Shown: positions 51,321-63,278 of the stretch, in pieces
Layout of the letters: each line of letters starts with the position of its first letter
Position numbering within the stretch: the stretch's first letter is position 1
Source: Somniosus microcephalus
Taxonomy: Eukaryota
Assembly: GCA_052327205.1 (NCBI GenBank)
Contig: CM126206.1
Coordinates: forward strand, 205,158,001 to 205,222,000
DNA length: 64,000 nt
Direction: 5' to 3'
Notes under the pieces: generated by a model
Databases searched by the model: none
Seen by the model: the letters and a program-made list of their open reading frames with translations, nothing else
Told to the model about the DNA's origin: nothing
Translations under genes and position numbers: made by a program

Positions 51321-54300
51321 TGTAGTGTCCGTGTGTAGATAAAGACACTGAAGACAGGAGTTGGTTCATAGGTATTTACTAAGCAAGCCTGGGGGGGGGG
51401 GGGGGGGGGGGGGGTTCTAAAGGATATACACAATACACAGGCTTATATAGCCCAAGTGGCAATTACCGGCATTACGCACACCTGGGGCTCTTAAAGGCAC
51501 ATACACCATAATTCCTCCCCTTCTAGCTAACTAGTACATCATATTTTAAGTAATTATTAATTACATGTTATATGCAAAATAATATACATTGCTGTATTAA
51601 TTAATTATAAGTTAGTCTCTCAGGAGGATTCCTGACTCGGTCCGGATAACGCCTCGGGGGTGTAGTAGTTTCTGGTGGTGTAGTAGGTTCTTCTGGCAAG
51701 GCCGATTCGGCTTGAAGGCCAGTGTCGGGTTCATCGGGCTCCAGTATCACCGGATCGGAGGTAGATATGGGTATCTCTACTTCATCGTTAGATGTATAGA
51801 GTGGTGGTGTATGTTGTCCCTTTTCGGATGACTTGATGATTTGGTCAGCATGGCGCCTTATTATGCTGTCTCCGATGTCCACGGTATACATCAGTGGTCC
51901 TAATCGTGTGCAGATAGTTCCAGGCTGCCATTTCTCGGTACGGTAGTCCCGGGCCAAAACCGGTTGGCCTATCTGGAAGGCCCTAGTTGGCCTTTCATTC
52001 ATGCCCTGAAACTGCCGGTTCTCCACGTCCCTTCGGATGTTGGGCTTGACCAAATCCAGCCGGCATCTTAGGTTTCTATTGTAGAACATCATGGCGGGAG
52101 TTTGGTTAGTAACCATATGCGTTGCATTCCTATATGCAAATAAGAAGTTATCCACCTTGTGCTGAAGTTTTATGTCTTCATTACTCATGGCCTTGATGGC
52201 CTTCTTGAAGGTCTGGACAAACCTTTCAGCCAATCCATTGGTGGCGGGATGGTATGGGGCGGACGTGTAGTGCTTTACCCCATTGTTCTTTAAGAACTTT
52301 CTGAATTCTTCGGACACAAATTGCGGTCCATTATCAGAACATATCTGCTCCGGCAGCCCATTCCTGGCAAATATGGTCCTTAATACTGTGATGGTTTTTT
52401 CCGTGGTGGTGGAGGACATCTTTATTACCTCCGGCCACTTGGAGTGTGCATCAACTGCGATTAAGAACATTGAGTCCATAAATGGACCAGCAAAGTCGAT
52501 GTGCACCCTTTGCCAGGGAGATGAGGGCCACTCCCATGGATGTAGAGGGGCCTGTGGCAGAGCATTTTGGACCTTCTGGCATCCTAGGCAGCTCTTGGTC
52601 ATGTCTTCGATGTCTCCATCGATACCTGGCCACCATACAAACGCCCTAGCTAGGTTCTTCATTTTCACTCCACCCAGATGCCCCTCGTGAAGCTCCTTTA
52701 GCACTTTATCCTGGAGTTTGGGTGGAATCACCACTCTGGATCCACACATCAAGGTTCCTCGGCACACTGACAGCTGTTCTCTTCTTTGCGAGAATGCTGG
52801 CAACAGTGGTTCGCCATGTGCTGGCCATCCCTTCACTGTTAAATCATAGACCCGTGAGAGAGTAGGGTCATTTCTTGTCTCCCTTTCAATGGCAGAATTT
52901 GTCACCGGTAGACATTCCACTATGGTAGAGTGGAATATCTCTACTGGGTCTACTGTAGGTGCCTCTTCTATCGTTGGCAATGGTAGGCGTGATAAACCGT
53001 CAGCATTCCCATGCTGTTTTGACCCTTTGTATTCAATGTTGTATTGGTGTGCCCCTAGAAAAAGGGACCACCTCTGTAGTCTTTGTGCCGTCATAATGGG
53101 GACACCTTTTTTAGGGTTGAATATGGAGATGAGGGGTTGATGGTCAGTCAGCAAGGTAAATTTTTGTCCGTGTAGGTAATGGTTGAATTTCTTCACTCCC
53201 CATACCAGGCTGAGTGCTTCCCTGTCTATTTGGGCATAGTTACGCTCAGCTGAGTTCAATGAGCGTGACGCAAAAGCTATCGGCCGTTCCGAGCCATCAG
53301 GGAATCTATGGGACAATACCGCTCCTATGCCGTAAGGGGATGCATCGCACGCCAGTCTGATTGGTAGTGATGGGTTGTAATGAGCCAAAATTTTCTCGGA
53401 TGTGATTAAGTCTTTACATTTATGGAAGGCACGTTTACAGTCTTCGTTCCATTTCCAAATCACTCCTGTCTGTAGAAGATCATTAAGAGGGTGTAGAATA
53501 GTTGATAAGTTCGGTAAAAATTTATGATAGTAATTTATTAATCCCAGGAATGACCTTAATTGTGAAACATTTTCAGGTGCTGGGGCTTTTATAACTGCTT
53601 CAATTTTTTCAGGTGACTTATGCAACCCTTCCTTATTAATTATGTGGCCACAATATGATGTCTGATTTTGGAAAAATTCGCACTTGGGGCGATTTGCTCG
53701 TAGGCCCCGTTCTTTCAGCCTAGTGAGCACCTGCTCCAAATTGGCAAGGTGCTCGTTGTCGTTTTCTCCTGTTATAAGGATGTCGTCTAGGTAGCATGGA
53801 GTCCCCGGAATCCCTTGCAGGACTTGCTCCATAGCTCTTTGCCAGATAGCTGGAGCTGATGCTATTCCAAAAACCAGTCGATTGTACTGGTACAGGCCTT
53901 TGTGTGTGTTTATTGTGAGATACTTTTTAGAAGTCTCCTCAACCTCCATTTGTAGATATGCCTGTGCCAAGTCAATTTTTGTGAAACGTTTCCCTCCGGA
54001 TAGTGAGGCGAAAATATCTTCTATCCTCGGAAGAGGATACTGTACCGTGTGAAGGACCGGGTTTACAGTCACCTTAAAGTCCCCACAGATGCGAATTTTT
54101 TTCTGTTCCTCAGAGTTATTTTTCAATGTTTTTTTCATGACTGGAATGATGGGTGTTGCCCATTCGCTCCAATCTATTTTGGATAATACGCCTGCCTTTT
54201 CCAAATTCTTCAGCTCTGCCTCGACTGCCGGACGCATTGCGTATGGCACCGGTCTTGCCTTAAAAAATTTTGGAATTGCTGTATCTTCCACTTTTATTGA

Positions 54301-56221
54301 GGCGGTGATGCCTTTCAAGGTTCCTAGTTTCTCTTGAAACACTTCTTTGGCGTTGGCCAAGATGCCTTTTAATCGTTCAGGTATGATGTCATCATTGTTT
54401 TTTTCCTTACTGGTCACCGTCAGTGCCTGAATGGAGTGCCAGTCTAAACGTATCTTCCTTATCCATTCACGTCCCAACAACGGTGGACCACCATCTTGTA
54501 GAATGTATAAATACAACTTTTGTATTTCTTTGCCGTTGTATACCACAGGCACCCTTATTTTTCCTTTGGGGTAGACTTTCTGCCCCGTATATGTTTTTAA
54601 GATAATGGATGTGTCTTTTAGAGGTATATGCGAAAATAGCCTCTCGTAATCTCGTCGATTTATTACGGTTAGAGCTGATCCTGTATCTAGCTCCATTTTA
54701 ACTGGGGACCCTGCTATTGTGAGGGTAACCCAAATGGTTTGGTAATCCTCTTTGGCAAGTACATTATGTAATTTGAGACAGCTTAGTCTCTTGTTTCCGG
54801 AGTCGCTATCGCTATTCTGGTCTTCGGAGCTATTGTCCGTCACCATTTGTACCTTCCTGTACTTTTCTTTATTGATTTTTTGTTTTCTGTCAGTGGATTT
54901 ATTTTGTTCAGATTGGCATACCCGTGCAATGTGTCCAATCTTACCACATTGCCTGCATGCTTTGCCCTTGAACCAGCAGTCCCTCTGGTTATGGGTGGAT
55001 CTGCCGCAGCGATAACATCTTCCGAACTCCTGTGTCATTTTATGGGTGCCGAAGTCCTGTGTCTCTTGTTGTATCTCTGCAGCTCCTTTTGCTGCTGCTT
55101 CGTATGATACAGCCATACTGAAAGCTTTGTCCAATGTTAAATCTTTTTCAGAAAGCAGTCTTTTTTGTGTTCCTTCACTTAAGAGACCGCAAACAAATTT
55201 GTCTCGAAGATAATCCGATAGTCCTGCTCTGAATTGGCAGTACTTTGATAGCTTTCTTAATTCGGTTAGGTAATCAGCGTTACTTTCATTCTTGTGTTGA
55301 TTTCTCTTGAAGAACTTGAATCGTTCCGCTATCAGCAGCGGTGTTGGGTTTAAATGCTCCTGCAGGGTATCAACAATTTCTTTAAAAGTCTTGTCCTTTG
55401 GTTTGGCTGGAGTGATTAAATTTCGTAACAGCCCGTATGTCTTCGCGCCCATTAAGTTCAGAAGTACTGAAGCTTTTTTTTCATCTGTTATTCCATTTGC
55501 AGTGCAATAAACCTCTACTCATTCCACGTATGTGGTCCAATCTTCTATTTCGCCATCAAAAGCCTCAATATTACCAGATTTAGGCATTTCAGAAAAGATA
55601 TGGCGCTTCCCGCGCTTTTTTTTTTCTCTCTGTAGCAACGATATGGCGCTTCCCGCGCTTTCCCGCCGCTGCTACCGATAACAACGCTGTTTTAATGTGG
55701 TTTCCGTTTATTCACTGTTGGAGACTCGTTCCCGACGGAGGTCTAAACGCTGACCTGCTTGCTGCGCCAGCCGTCTCTCGAGTGCACCCTCCCAGTCCGT
55801 TATTGCTTGCCTCCGATTTCGCTGCCTGTCTCAGCTGTAGAGCCCACCGCTGGAGCTCCAGCCTGACGCCCAGGAAGGATTAGCGCAGAACCTGTCACCA
55901 GCTTGGCCAGCTGGTGAAACCACAGTTTCTCTTACTTCCTTGAGTCTTCTGGACGCTGGAGGAATCGATGTCCTTGAGGTGCTGCCGAATTGCAGGTAAG
56001 TCCGTTTCCACTTCGTCGCCACTGTAGTGTCCGTGTGTAGATAAAGACACTGAAGACAGGAGTTGGTTCATAGGTATTTACTAAGCAAGTCTGGGGGGGT
56101 TTCTAAAGGATATACACAATACACAGGCTTATATAGCCCAAGTGGCAATTACCGGCATTACGCACACCTGGGGCTCAAAGGCACATACACCATAATTGCT
56201 CTTAAAGGCACATACACCACA
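51321..56221 (-). mobile_element. Gypsy-2 (Mag clade) LTR retrotransposon in the 3' LTR
   Basis: LTRs 51321-51510 and 56023-56221; ATAAA TSD; PBS TGGCGACGAAG (tRNA-Ser-like) at 56011-56021; PPT AGAAGGGGAGGAA. Confidence 0.93.
51601..55587 (-). pseudogene. Gypsy-2 gag-pol, single frame with one premature TGA
   Basis: ATG at 55587 (MPKSGNIEAFD), TGA at 55519-55521, then an open 1283-aa ORF with twin knuckles, DTGS, YLDD, RNase H and integrase. Confidence 0.9.
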
Positions 56222-59200
56222 ATAAAGTACCCAGCAAAGACTTTACTCCCTATCTCTAACGGAGAAGAGGGTATTTTACTCAGACGAATCCACCACTGCG
56301 CCCTGGGACCACGTGGCGACGGCAGGCCCCAAAGGACACAAAGAGCGAACCCCAAAACCGCAACCGGCTTAATCGACAGGATTCGACCTGTCAAGAAACC
56401 CTTATTGGTGAGCATAGTCCCTGGCCCCTTATAGCACAATTTAGTTAGATATTGGGGGTGGGACAAGGGTAGGGGGATTAATCATCTGATTTTTCCCTCG
56501 ATGTGCCGTGTGTTCCCCATTCTTAATTAAGTGTGTATTTTATATGCCTGTAACTATTCCAGTAATTTTCAGTGTTGTAATTTTATTGTGCCTTTAATAA
56601 AATACAGTTTTCTTGCATCAAACCAGTTGTCTACTCCAATTTGTATCGCAGCCTGTACCTAAGTCCAGAGTCTAGAACCACAGGGGTGTGGGAGCGATTC
56701 GAACCGCTCAAAAACAGTCAGGGGCAAGCTGACTGCGTACACCAAAACCCCTACACCTTGTGCACCAGTCGCTGAAGGTAAGCATGCAGGTGCAGCAGGC
56801 GGTTAAGAAGGCAAATGGTTTGTTGGCCTTCATAGCGAGAGGATTCGAGTACAGGAGCAAGGATGTCTTGCTGCAGTTGTACAGGGTCTTGGTGAGACCA
56901 CACCTTTAGCCTTTAGTATTGTGTGCAGTTTTGGTCACCTTATCTGAGGAAGGATGTTCTTGCCATGGAGGGAGTGCAGCGAAGATTCGCCAGACTGATA
57001 CCTGGGATGGCAGGAATGACGTATGGAGAGAGATTGGGTCGATTGGGCTTGTATTCGCTAGAGTTTAGAAGGAGAGGGGCTCTCATTGAAACTTATAAAA
57101 TTCTAACAGGACTAGACAGACTAGATGCAGGAAGGATGTTCCCGATGGCGGGGAGTCCAGAACCAGGGGTCACAGTCTAAGGATAAGGGGTAAGCCATTT
57201 AGGACAGAGATGAGGAGGAATTTCTTCACCCAGAGAGTGGTGAAACTGTGGAATTCTCTACCACAGAAGGCAGTTGAGGCCAACTTATTAAATATATTCA
57301 AGAAGGAGTTAGATATATTTCTTAAGGCTGAAGGGATCAAGGGATATGGGGAGAAAGCAGGGACAGGGTACTGAATTTGGATGATGAGCCATGATCTCAT
57401 TAAATGGCGGAACAGGCTCGAGGGGCTGAATGGCCTACTGCTGCTCCTATCTTCTATGTTTCTATGTCTGCTGCAGATCCCTGGAAAAAGCCTGAGGCAA
57501 AGAAGTTGAGGGTGCTGGTGACTTTGACAGTCACTGGTAAGGCATGTCCACCAGGTCCTTTGGGCTGCAGCTCTTGCTCCAGCAAGCTACAAATGTCTGC
57601 AATGACCTGGCGCAATAGCCTGAGCCTCCTTTGGCACTGCTGCTCAGTCATGTTGAGGAAGCTCATCCTCTGCCTGTATACCCTGTGTTGGGCGCATCAC
57701 CTCCAGCATGGTGCAGCCCTGCGCTGATGCCCTCTGTCCTGTGGAGCATCAGGTCATTGAGGAGAAGGTTGGTGGTGTTGTTGCTGCTGCTGGTGCTGGG
57801 GCTCATCTTGGTCTGATTCTGAGGACCAAGGTGAGACAGTATAAACGGCACCTATGCTGATGTAATAGATGGCAGGTCAAGTAAAGATCAGAGGACCAAT
57901 CTGTCAATGTTGTGATACTGAGTAGCAATGTGGTGAAAGCACCTTCCGAAGTTGCAGAAAAGACCTGAAAACTCTAGACACCCAAATCTGTGCAAAAAAT
58001 TGAGTCATCAAGAGCCTTTCCCTTAGGCAAGTAATGAGGTGTAATGTGGGAGTAATAATGTGGATCTCCATGCTCTCCATTAATGGCCTCGCACAATGGC
58101 CACTGAGCTTCCATCTCACGTTGACAGACAAGATTCCCGAGCTGCGTGATTCCCATGGTTATCCAGTAAAAATCAAAATCTCTGGTTAAAAACCCTGTTA
58201 GGGGTCTCACAACAACCATTTAATGACTTCAATTAGGTCGCTCGCCTCTGCCGTTCGGGTCTGTGGCGCGCTAGGAAGCGCGCATGAGTTAAATGAGCAA
58301 GGCGACGGGATGATGGCAGGTTCCCAATGCACTCGCAATTTCAGCAATTTTTACTGCCGACCCGCCCCCAAACCCACACGCCCGACAGCAGGAAAATTCC
58401 AGCCAAGGTCTTCGTTTTGTGTACCTCATATGCACTGCTTTTAAGAATTCCCTAATATAATTCTGCACACCAAGTCTTCTTGCTTTGGTGCCAAATTTAA
58501 AATGTCAAATATGTTTGTACAGATCTCAAAAGTTTCCACCAAATCACTTATTGATTCCTTAAAATGTAATAGTTTTGATGGGAACATTCTAATGAGCCAA
58601 TTCAGCACTTCCTTTCACATCAATAGAACCACTGTAAGTATCAATCATCAACTATAACAGTTTTTATTCACAGTTTTCTGTAGAACTTAGTATTTAAAAC
58701 AATAAAACTAAACTTGCTTTCAAGTGCATGCAGCAGCTGTAGCTTAACATTCAAATACTGAACATTTCTTAAAATTAAGTAAAAGATCAAATTAATTTCT
58801 GAAACAAATCCAATAGCCAAATGCTACTTTTACTGACATGTATAAAATAGAATTCCTCAATTAAAATTTGTCGAATGAAAATTTGTTTAAAAAAAAATTA
58901 AGTGCATCGAGTACTTTTCCACCAGAGAAATCCAATGTTAGCTGCACATTTCAGTGTATCCGTGCACTTGTATCATAACTTGCAGGAATTTGGTGGGGGA
59001 ACTAAATTGTGATCTGGTATAGAACATCAAAACTATTTTTTTGCAAAAAAAAAGACAAATCAAAAAAGGTTAATCATCCACATAAAATATTATTAGCACA
59101 ATTATGAGATAAAAATGTATTTGCTGGCAACAGAAAATAAATTTAAAATTAAGGGAAGGTTAGAATGGTTTGCTTGCAACGGTCCCCAAGTACCTCCATG

Positions 59201-59273
59201 AAAGAACATGCAGTGTTAGCTTAAAAATAATCACCTACAAGAATATTACAGAAATGAAGGTGCAATTTCTTAC

Positions 59274-59359
59274 CTAACACTGGAACTATTGCATAACAAG
59301 ATTCCAGAAATGGCAGAGTAGGGATACCATTGCCTTCTTCAAATTCAATATCATTAAAT
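59274..59359 (-). CDS. PLEKHA8: PLEKHA8 exon (FNDIEFEEGNGIPTLPFLESCYAIVPVL)
   Basis: Start of the GLTP domain; tttcag acceptor, gtaag donor; 86 nt. The phase-1 end joins the 22550 exon to give ..VPVL-D-KLG. Upstream exons were not found in the window. Confidence 0.92.
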
Positions 59360-60039
59360 CTGAAAATGAAAATAGACTTGCATATATACTGTTGGAAAGC
59401 ATGAAAAGATTAGCAAAATAAAATAAGGAGACATTTTGTATCAAAAGGGAAACTCAAATAAAATTAATAAATAAGTGGATATGCTATTTTGGAGAAAAGA
59501 TGGCAAACTGGATGATTAAAACAAAGGAACTTCAACCTTTTATCCTCAGTTTGGAAAGACTTTACACAAGCCTGCAATGACTTATTCAATTGTACCTTCA
59601 AATAGCATTTTAAAAATATTTTTTTGTTTTAGGCTACTTATCATTGTGGGTGTTTCAATCCATTACAAGGTCACAATCTTTTGAAATGACAAAAAGGTGA
59701 ATACAACGACAGTATATTCAAATGAAAACTCAAAACTACCCACCAGTAGCTGGAACTTTTAGCACAGGTTTATTAAATAGAATTCAAATGGTGGACCAGC
59801 TGAATTACCACTTATGGCAAGAATTAGTTATTGTTGCAGGTGCACAGCACTGGTGCCAGAAATAACACACTAATGCCATCTTCTTCAAAATGTACAGTGC
59901 ACCCGAACATCTCCCTGTTAGGGGATAGAAAAAAAATTAACAAATGGGTAATTATTTACTATTTTTGTTCAAGTTGTTTGTACAACTGATGTCAAAATGA
60001 ACTGATGATAAATCAACTGCATGTACTTCTAGCTTATTC

Positions 60040-61450
60040 AGCTGGATACCCATCAATTTTTAACAAATCACGCATCACCGAAAAATGAGGTGCCATCCTG
60101 GGGAAGCTGCAACACAGGACTACATTGCATTCCAAACAGCGGAAGCAGCATGCTATAGACAGAGCTAAGCGATCCCACAACCAACAGATCAGATCAAAGC
60201 TCTGCAGTCCTGCCACATCCAGTTGTGAATGGTGGTAGACACTTAAACAACTAATGGGAGGAGGAGGCTCTATGAATATCCCCATCCTCAATGATGGCGG
60301 AGCCCAGCACGCGACTACAAAAGACAAGGCTGAAGCGTATGCAACCATCTTCAGCCAGAAGTGCCAAGTGGATGATCCATCTCTGCCTCCTCCTGAGGTC
60401 CCCACCATCACAGAAACTAGTCTTCAGCCAATTCGATTCACTTCACGTGATATCAAGAAACAGCTGAGCGCACTGGATACAGCAAAGGCTATGAGCCCCG
60501 ACAAAATGCCGGCTGTCATGCTGAAGACTTACTCCAGAACTAGCGGCACCTCTAGCCAAGCTGTTCTAGTACAGCTACAAAAATGGCATCTACTAGACAA
60601 TGTGGAAAACTGCCCATGTATGTCCTGCTCATAAAAAAAAAATGGACAAATCCAATCTGGCCAATTACCGCCCCATCAGTCTACTCTCAATCATCAGCAA
60701 AGTGATGGAAGGTGTTGTCAACAGTGCTATCAAGCGGCACTTACTCACCAATAACCTGCTCACCGATGCTCAGTTTGGGTTCTGCCAAGACCACTCGGCT
60801 CCAGACCTCATTACAGCCTTGGTCCATACATGGACAAAAGGACTGAATTCCAGAGGCAAGGTGAGTGACTGTCCTTGACATCAAGGCAGCATTTGACTGA
60901 GTGTGGCATCAAGGAGCCCGAGTAAAACTGAAGTCAATGGGTATTAGGGGAAAGACTCTCCACTGGCTAGAGTCATACCCAGCACAAAGGAAGGTGGTTG
61001 TTGGAGGCCAATCATCTCTGCCCCAGGACATCGCTGCAGGAGTTCCTCAGGGTAGTGTCCTAAGCCCAACCATCATCAATGACCTTCCCTCCATCATAAG
61101 GTCAGAACTGGGGATGTTCGCTGATGATTGCACAGTGTTCAGTTCCATTAGCAACTCCTTAGATAATGAAGCAGTCTATGCCTGCATAGACGACATTCAG
61201 GCTTGGGCTGATAAGTGGCAAGTAACATTCATGCCACACAAGTGCCAGGCAATGACTATCTCCAACAAGAGAGCGTTTAACTACCACCTCGACATTCAAC
61301 AGCATTACCATCGCCGAGTCCCTGATCATCAACATCCTGGGGGGTCACTATTAACCAGAAACTCAACTGGGCCAGCCACATAAATGCTGTGGCTACAAGA
61401 GCAGGTCAGATGCTGATTCCCCAAAGCCTTTCCACCATCTGCAAGGCACA
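60040..61450 (+). mobile_element. Degenerate CR1-clade LINE RT fragment
   Basis: NYRPISLL, QFGF, PQGSVL, FADD in fragmented ORFs. Confidence 0.8.
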
Positions 61451-61454
61451 AGGC

Positions 61455-63278
61455 AAAGTGGGCTGGGATCAGCTACTTGTAGGAAAATCCACATCAGAGC
61501 AGTGGGAGTCATTCAGAAAGAAAATAGAGAGTGTACAGTGCCAACATGTTCCCGTAAAGGTCAAGGGTGGGACCAACAAGCCCAGGGAGCCCTGGATGTC
61601 AAGGGATATACAAGAATGGATTAGGAAAAAATGGGTGGCTTTTGGCAGATACAAAGGACTAAAAACAGTGGAAGCCCCAGGGGAGTATAGAAAGTGCAGG
61701 GGGGTACTTAAAAAAGAAATTCGGAGAGCGAAAGGGGGCATGAAAAAACACTGGTGGGCAAAATAAAGGAAAATCCCAAGGTGTTTTATTTATAAGTACA
61801 TTAAGGGCAAGAGAATAACCAGGGAAAGAGTAGGGCCCATTAGGGACCAAAGTGGCAATCTGTGTGTAGAGCCGGAAGATGCAGGTGAGGTTTTAAATTA
61901 ATATTTTGCATCTGTGTTCACTATGGAGAAGGACGATGTAGGCATAGAAATCAGGCAGGGGGATTGTGATATACTTGTACAAATTAGTATTGAGAGGGAG
62001 GAGGTACTAGCGGTTTTAGCGGGCTTAAAAGTGGATAAATCCCCAGGTACTGACGAGATGTATCCCAAGCTGCTGTGTGAGGCAAGGGAGGAGATTGTAG
62101 GGGCTCTGGCACAAATTTTGAGAACCTCTCTGGCCACAGAGGAGGTGCCAGAGGACTGGAGGACAGCTAACGAAGTACTATTATTCAAAAATGGTAGTAG
62201 GGATAAACCAGGGAATTACAGGCCAGTGAGCCTAACATCAGTGGTAGGGAAATTATTGAGGGACAGAATTAGTCTCCACTTGGAGAGGCAAGGATTAATC
62301 AAGGATAGTCAGCATGGTTTTGTCAGGGGGAGATCATGTCTAACCAATTTGATTGAATTTTTTGAGGGGGTGACTAGGTGTGTGGATGAGGGTAGTGCAG
62401 TTGATGTAGTCTACATGGACTTCAGTAAGGCTTTTGACAAAGTCCTGCAAGGGAGACTGGTCAAGAAGGTAAGAGCCCATGGGATCCAGGGCAATTTGGC
62501 ACATTGGATCCAAAATTGGCTTAGTGGCAGGAGGCAGAAGGTGATGGTCGAAGGTTGTTCTTGTGACTGGAAGCCTGTGTCCAGTGGTGTACCGTAGGGA
62601 TCGGTGCTGGGTCCTTTGCTGTTTGTAGTGTACATTAATGATTTAGGCATGAATGTAGGCGGTATGAACAGTAAGTTCGCAGATGACACGAAAATTGGTG
62701 GAGTGGTAAATAGCGAGGAGGGAAGCCTCAGGCTACAGGACGATATAGACTGGTTGGTTAGATGGGCAGAACAGTGGCAAATGGAAGTTAACCCTGAAAA
62801 GTGTGAGGTGATGCATTTTGGGAGGACTAACAAGGCAAGGGAATACACAATGAATGGTAGGACCCTAGGAAGGACAGAGGATCAGAGGGACCTTGGTGTG
62901 CATGTACAGTACATAGATCCCTGAAGGCAGCAGGACAGGTAGATAAGGTGTTTAAAAAGGCATATGGGATACTTGCCTTCATTAGCCGAGGCATAGAATA
63001 TAAGAGCAGGGAGGTTATGATGGAGCTGTACAAAACGCTAGTTAGGCCACAGCTGGAATACTGTGTGCAGTTCTTGTCGTCACATTATAGGAAGGATGTG
63101 ATTGCATTGGAGAGGGTGCAGAGGAGATTCACCAGGATGTTACCTGGGCGAGAGCGCTTCAGCTATGAAGAGAGACTGGACAGGCTGGGGTTGTTTTCCT
63201 TAGAGCAGAGAAGGCTGAGGGGGAACCTGATTGAGGTGTACAAAATTATGAGGGGCATAGATAGGGTAGATAGAAAGG
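61455..63278 (+). mobile_element. CR1 ORF2 fragment
   Basis: KSPG, NYRPVSLTS, QHGF, KFADD; abruptly joined to another CR1 at ~63279. Confidence 0.85.

Larger units (their letters stand above)
33078..56755 (+). mobile_element. Defective env-bearing endogenous retrovirus, lokiretrovirus-like
   Basis: TGTAGGG...CCCTACA termini, CCTT TSD, two homologous ~1.5 kb LTRs, PBS, gag-pro, deleted pol, env, and PPT (CAGGAGGGAG) before 49598. Confidence 0.88.
49598..56755 (+). repeat. Provirus 3' LTR carrying CR1 and Gypsy-2 insertions
   Basis: Homologous to the 5' LTR with scattered substitutions and small indels. Confidence 0.9.
30557..57463 (+). mobile_element. CR1 LINE (APE+RT ORF2) inserted in the Harbinger A transposase; host of MITE copy 2 and the provirus
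   Basis: APE at 30761-31789 (GVVYRPP, MGDFN, SDH). RT runs to 33077 and resumes at 56756 (..GTCCTT|GTGCACCAG); TTCTATGT tail at ~57463. Confidence 0.9.
27055..58404. mobile_element. Harbinger A (outermost element of the nest), split by a CR1 insertion
   Basis: Degenerate Myb/SANT gene (+, ~27360-29190) converges on a HARBI1-like transposase (-). The transposase N-terminus (..[14 protein letters not shown], 57464-57720) joins the C-terminal part ([25 protein letters not shown], 29360-30556). TIRs are imperfect (GGCCGGATTTT / AAATTCCAGCC), so the ends are approximate. Confidence 0.75.

Noticed and set aside
50827-51369. 180-aa antisense ORF in the provirus 3' LTR
   Set aside because: Its start lies inside the Gypsy-2 LTR and the frame is not preserved at this length in the 5' LTR.
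51390-51413. Long poly-G run in one Gypsy-2 LTR
   Set aside because: Homopolymer slippage or sequencing error; the other LTR has a short run.
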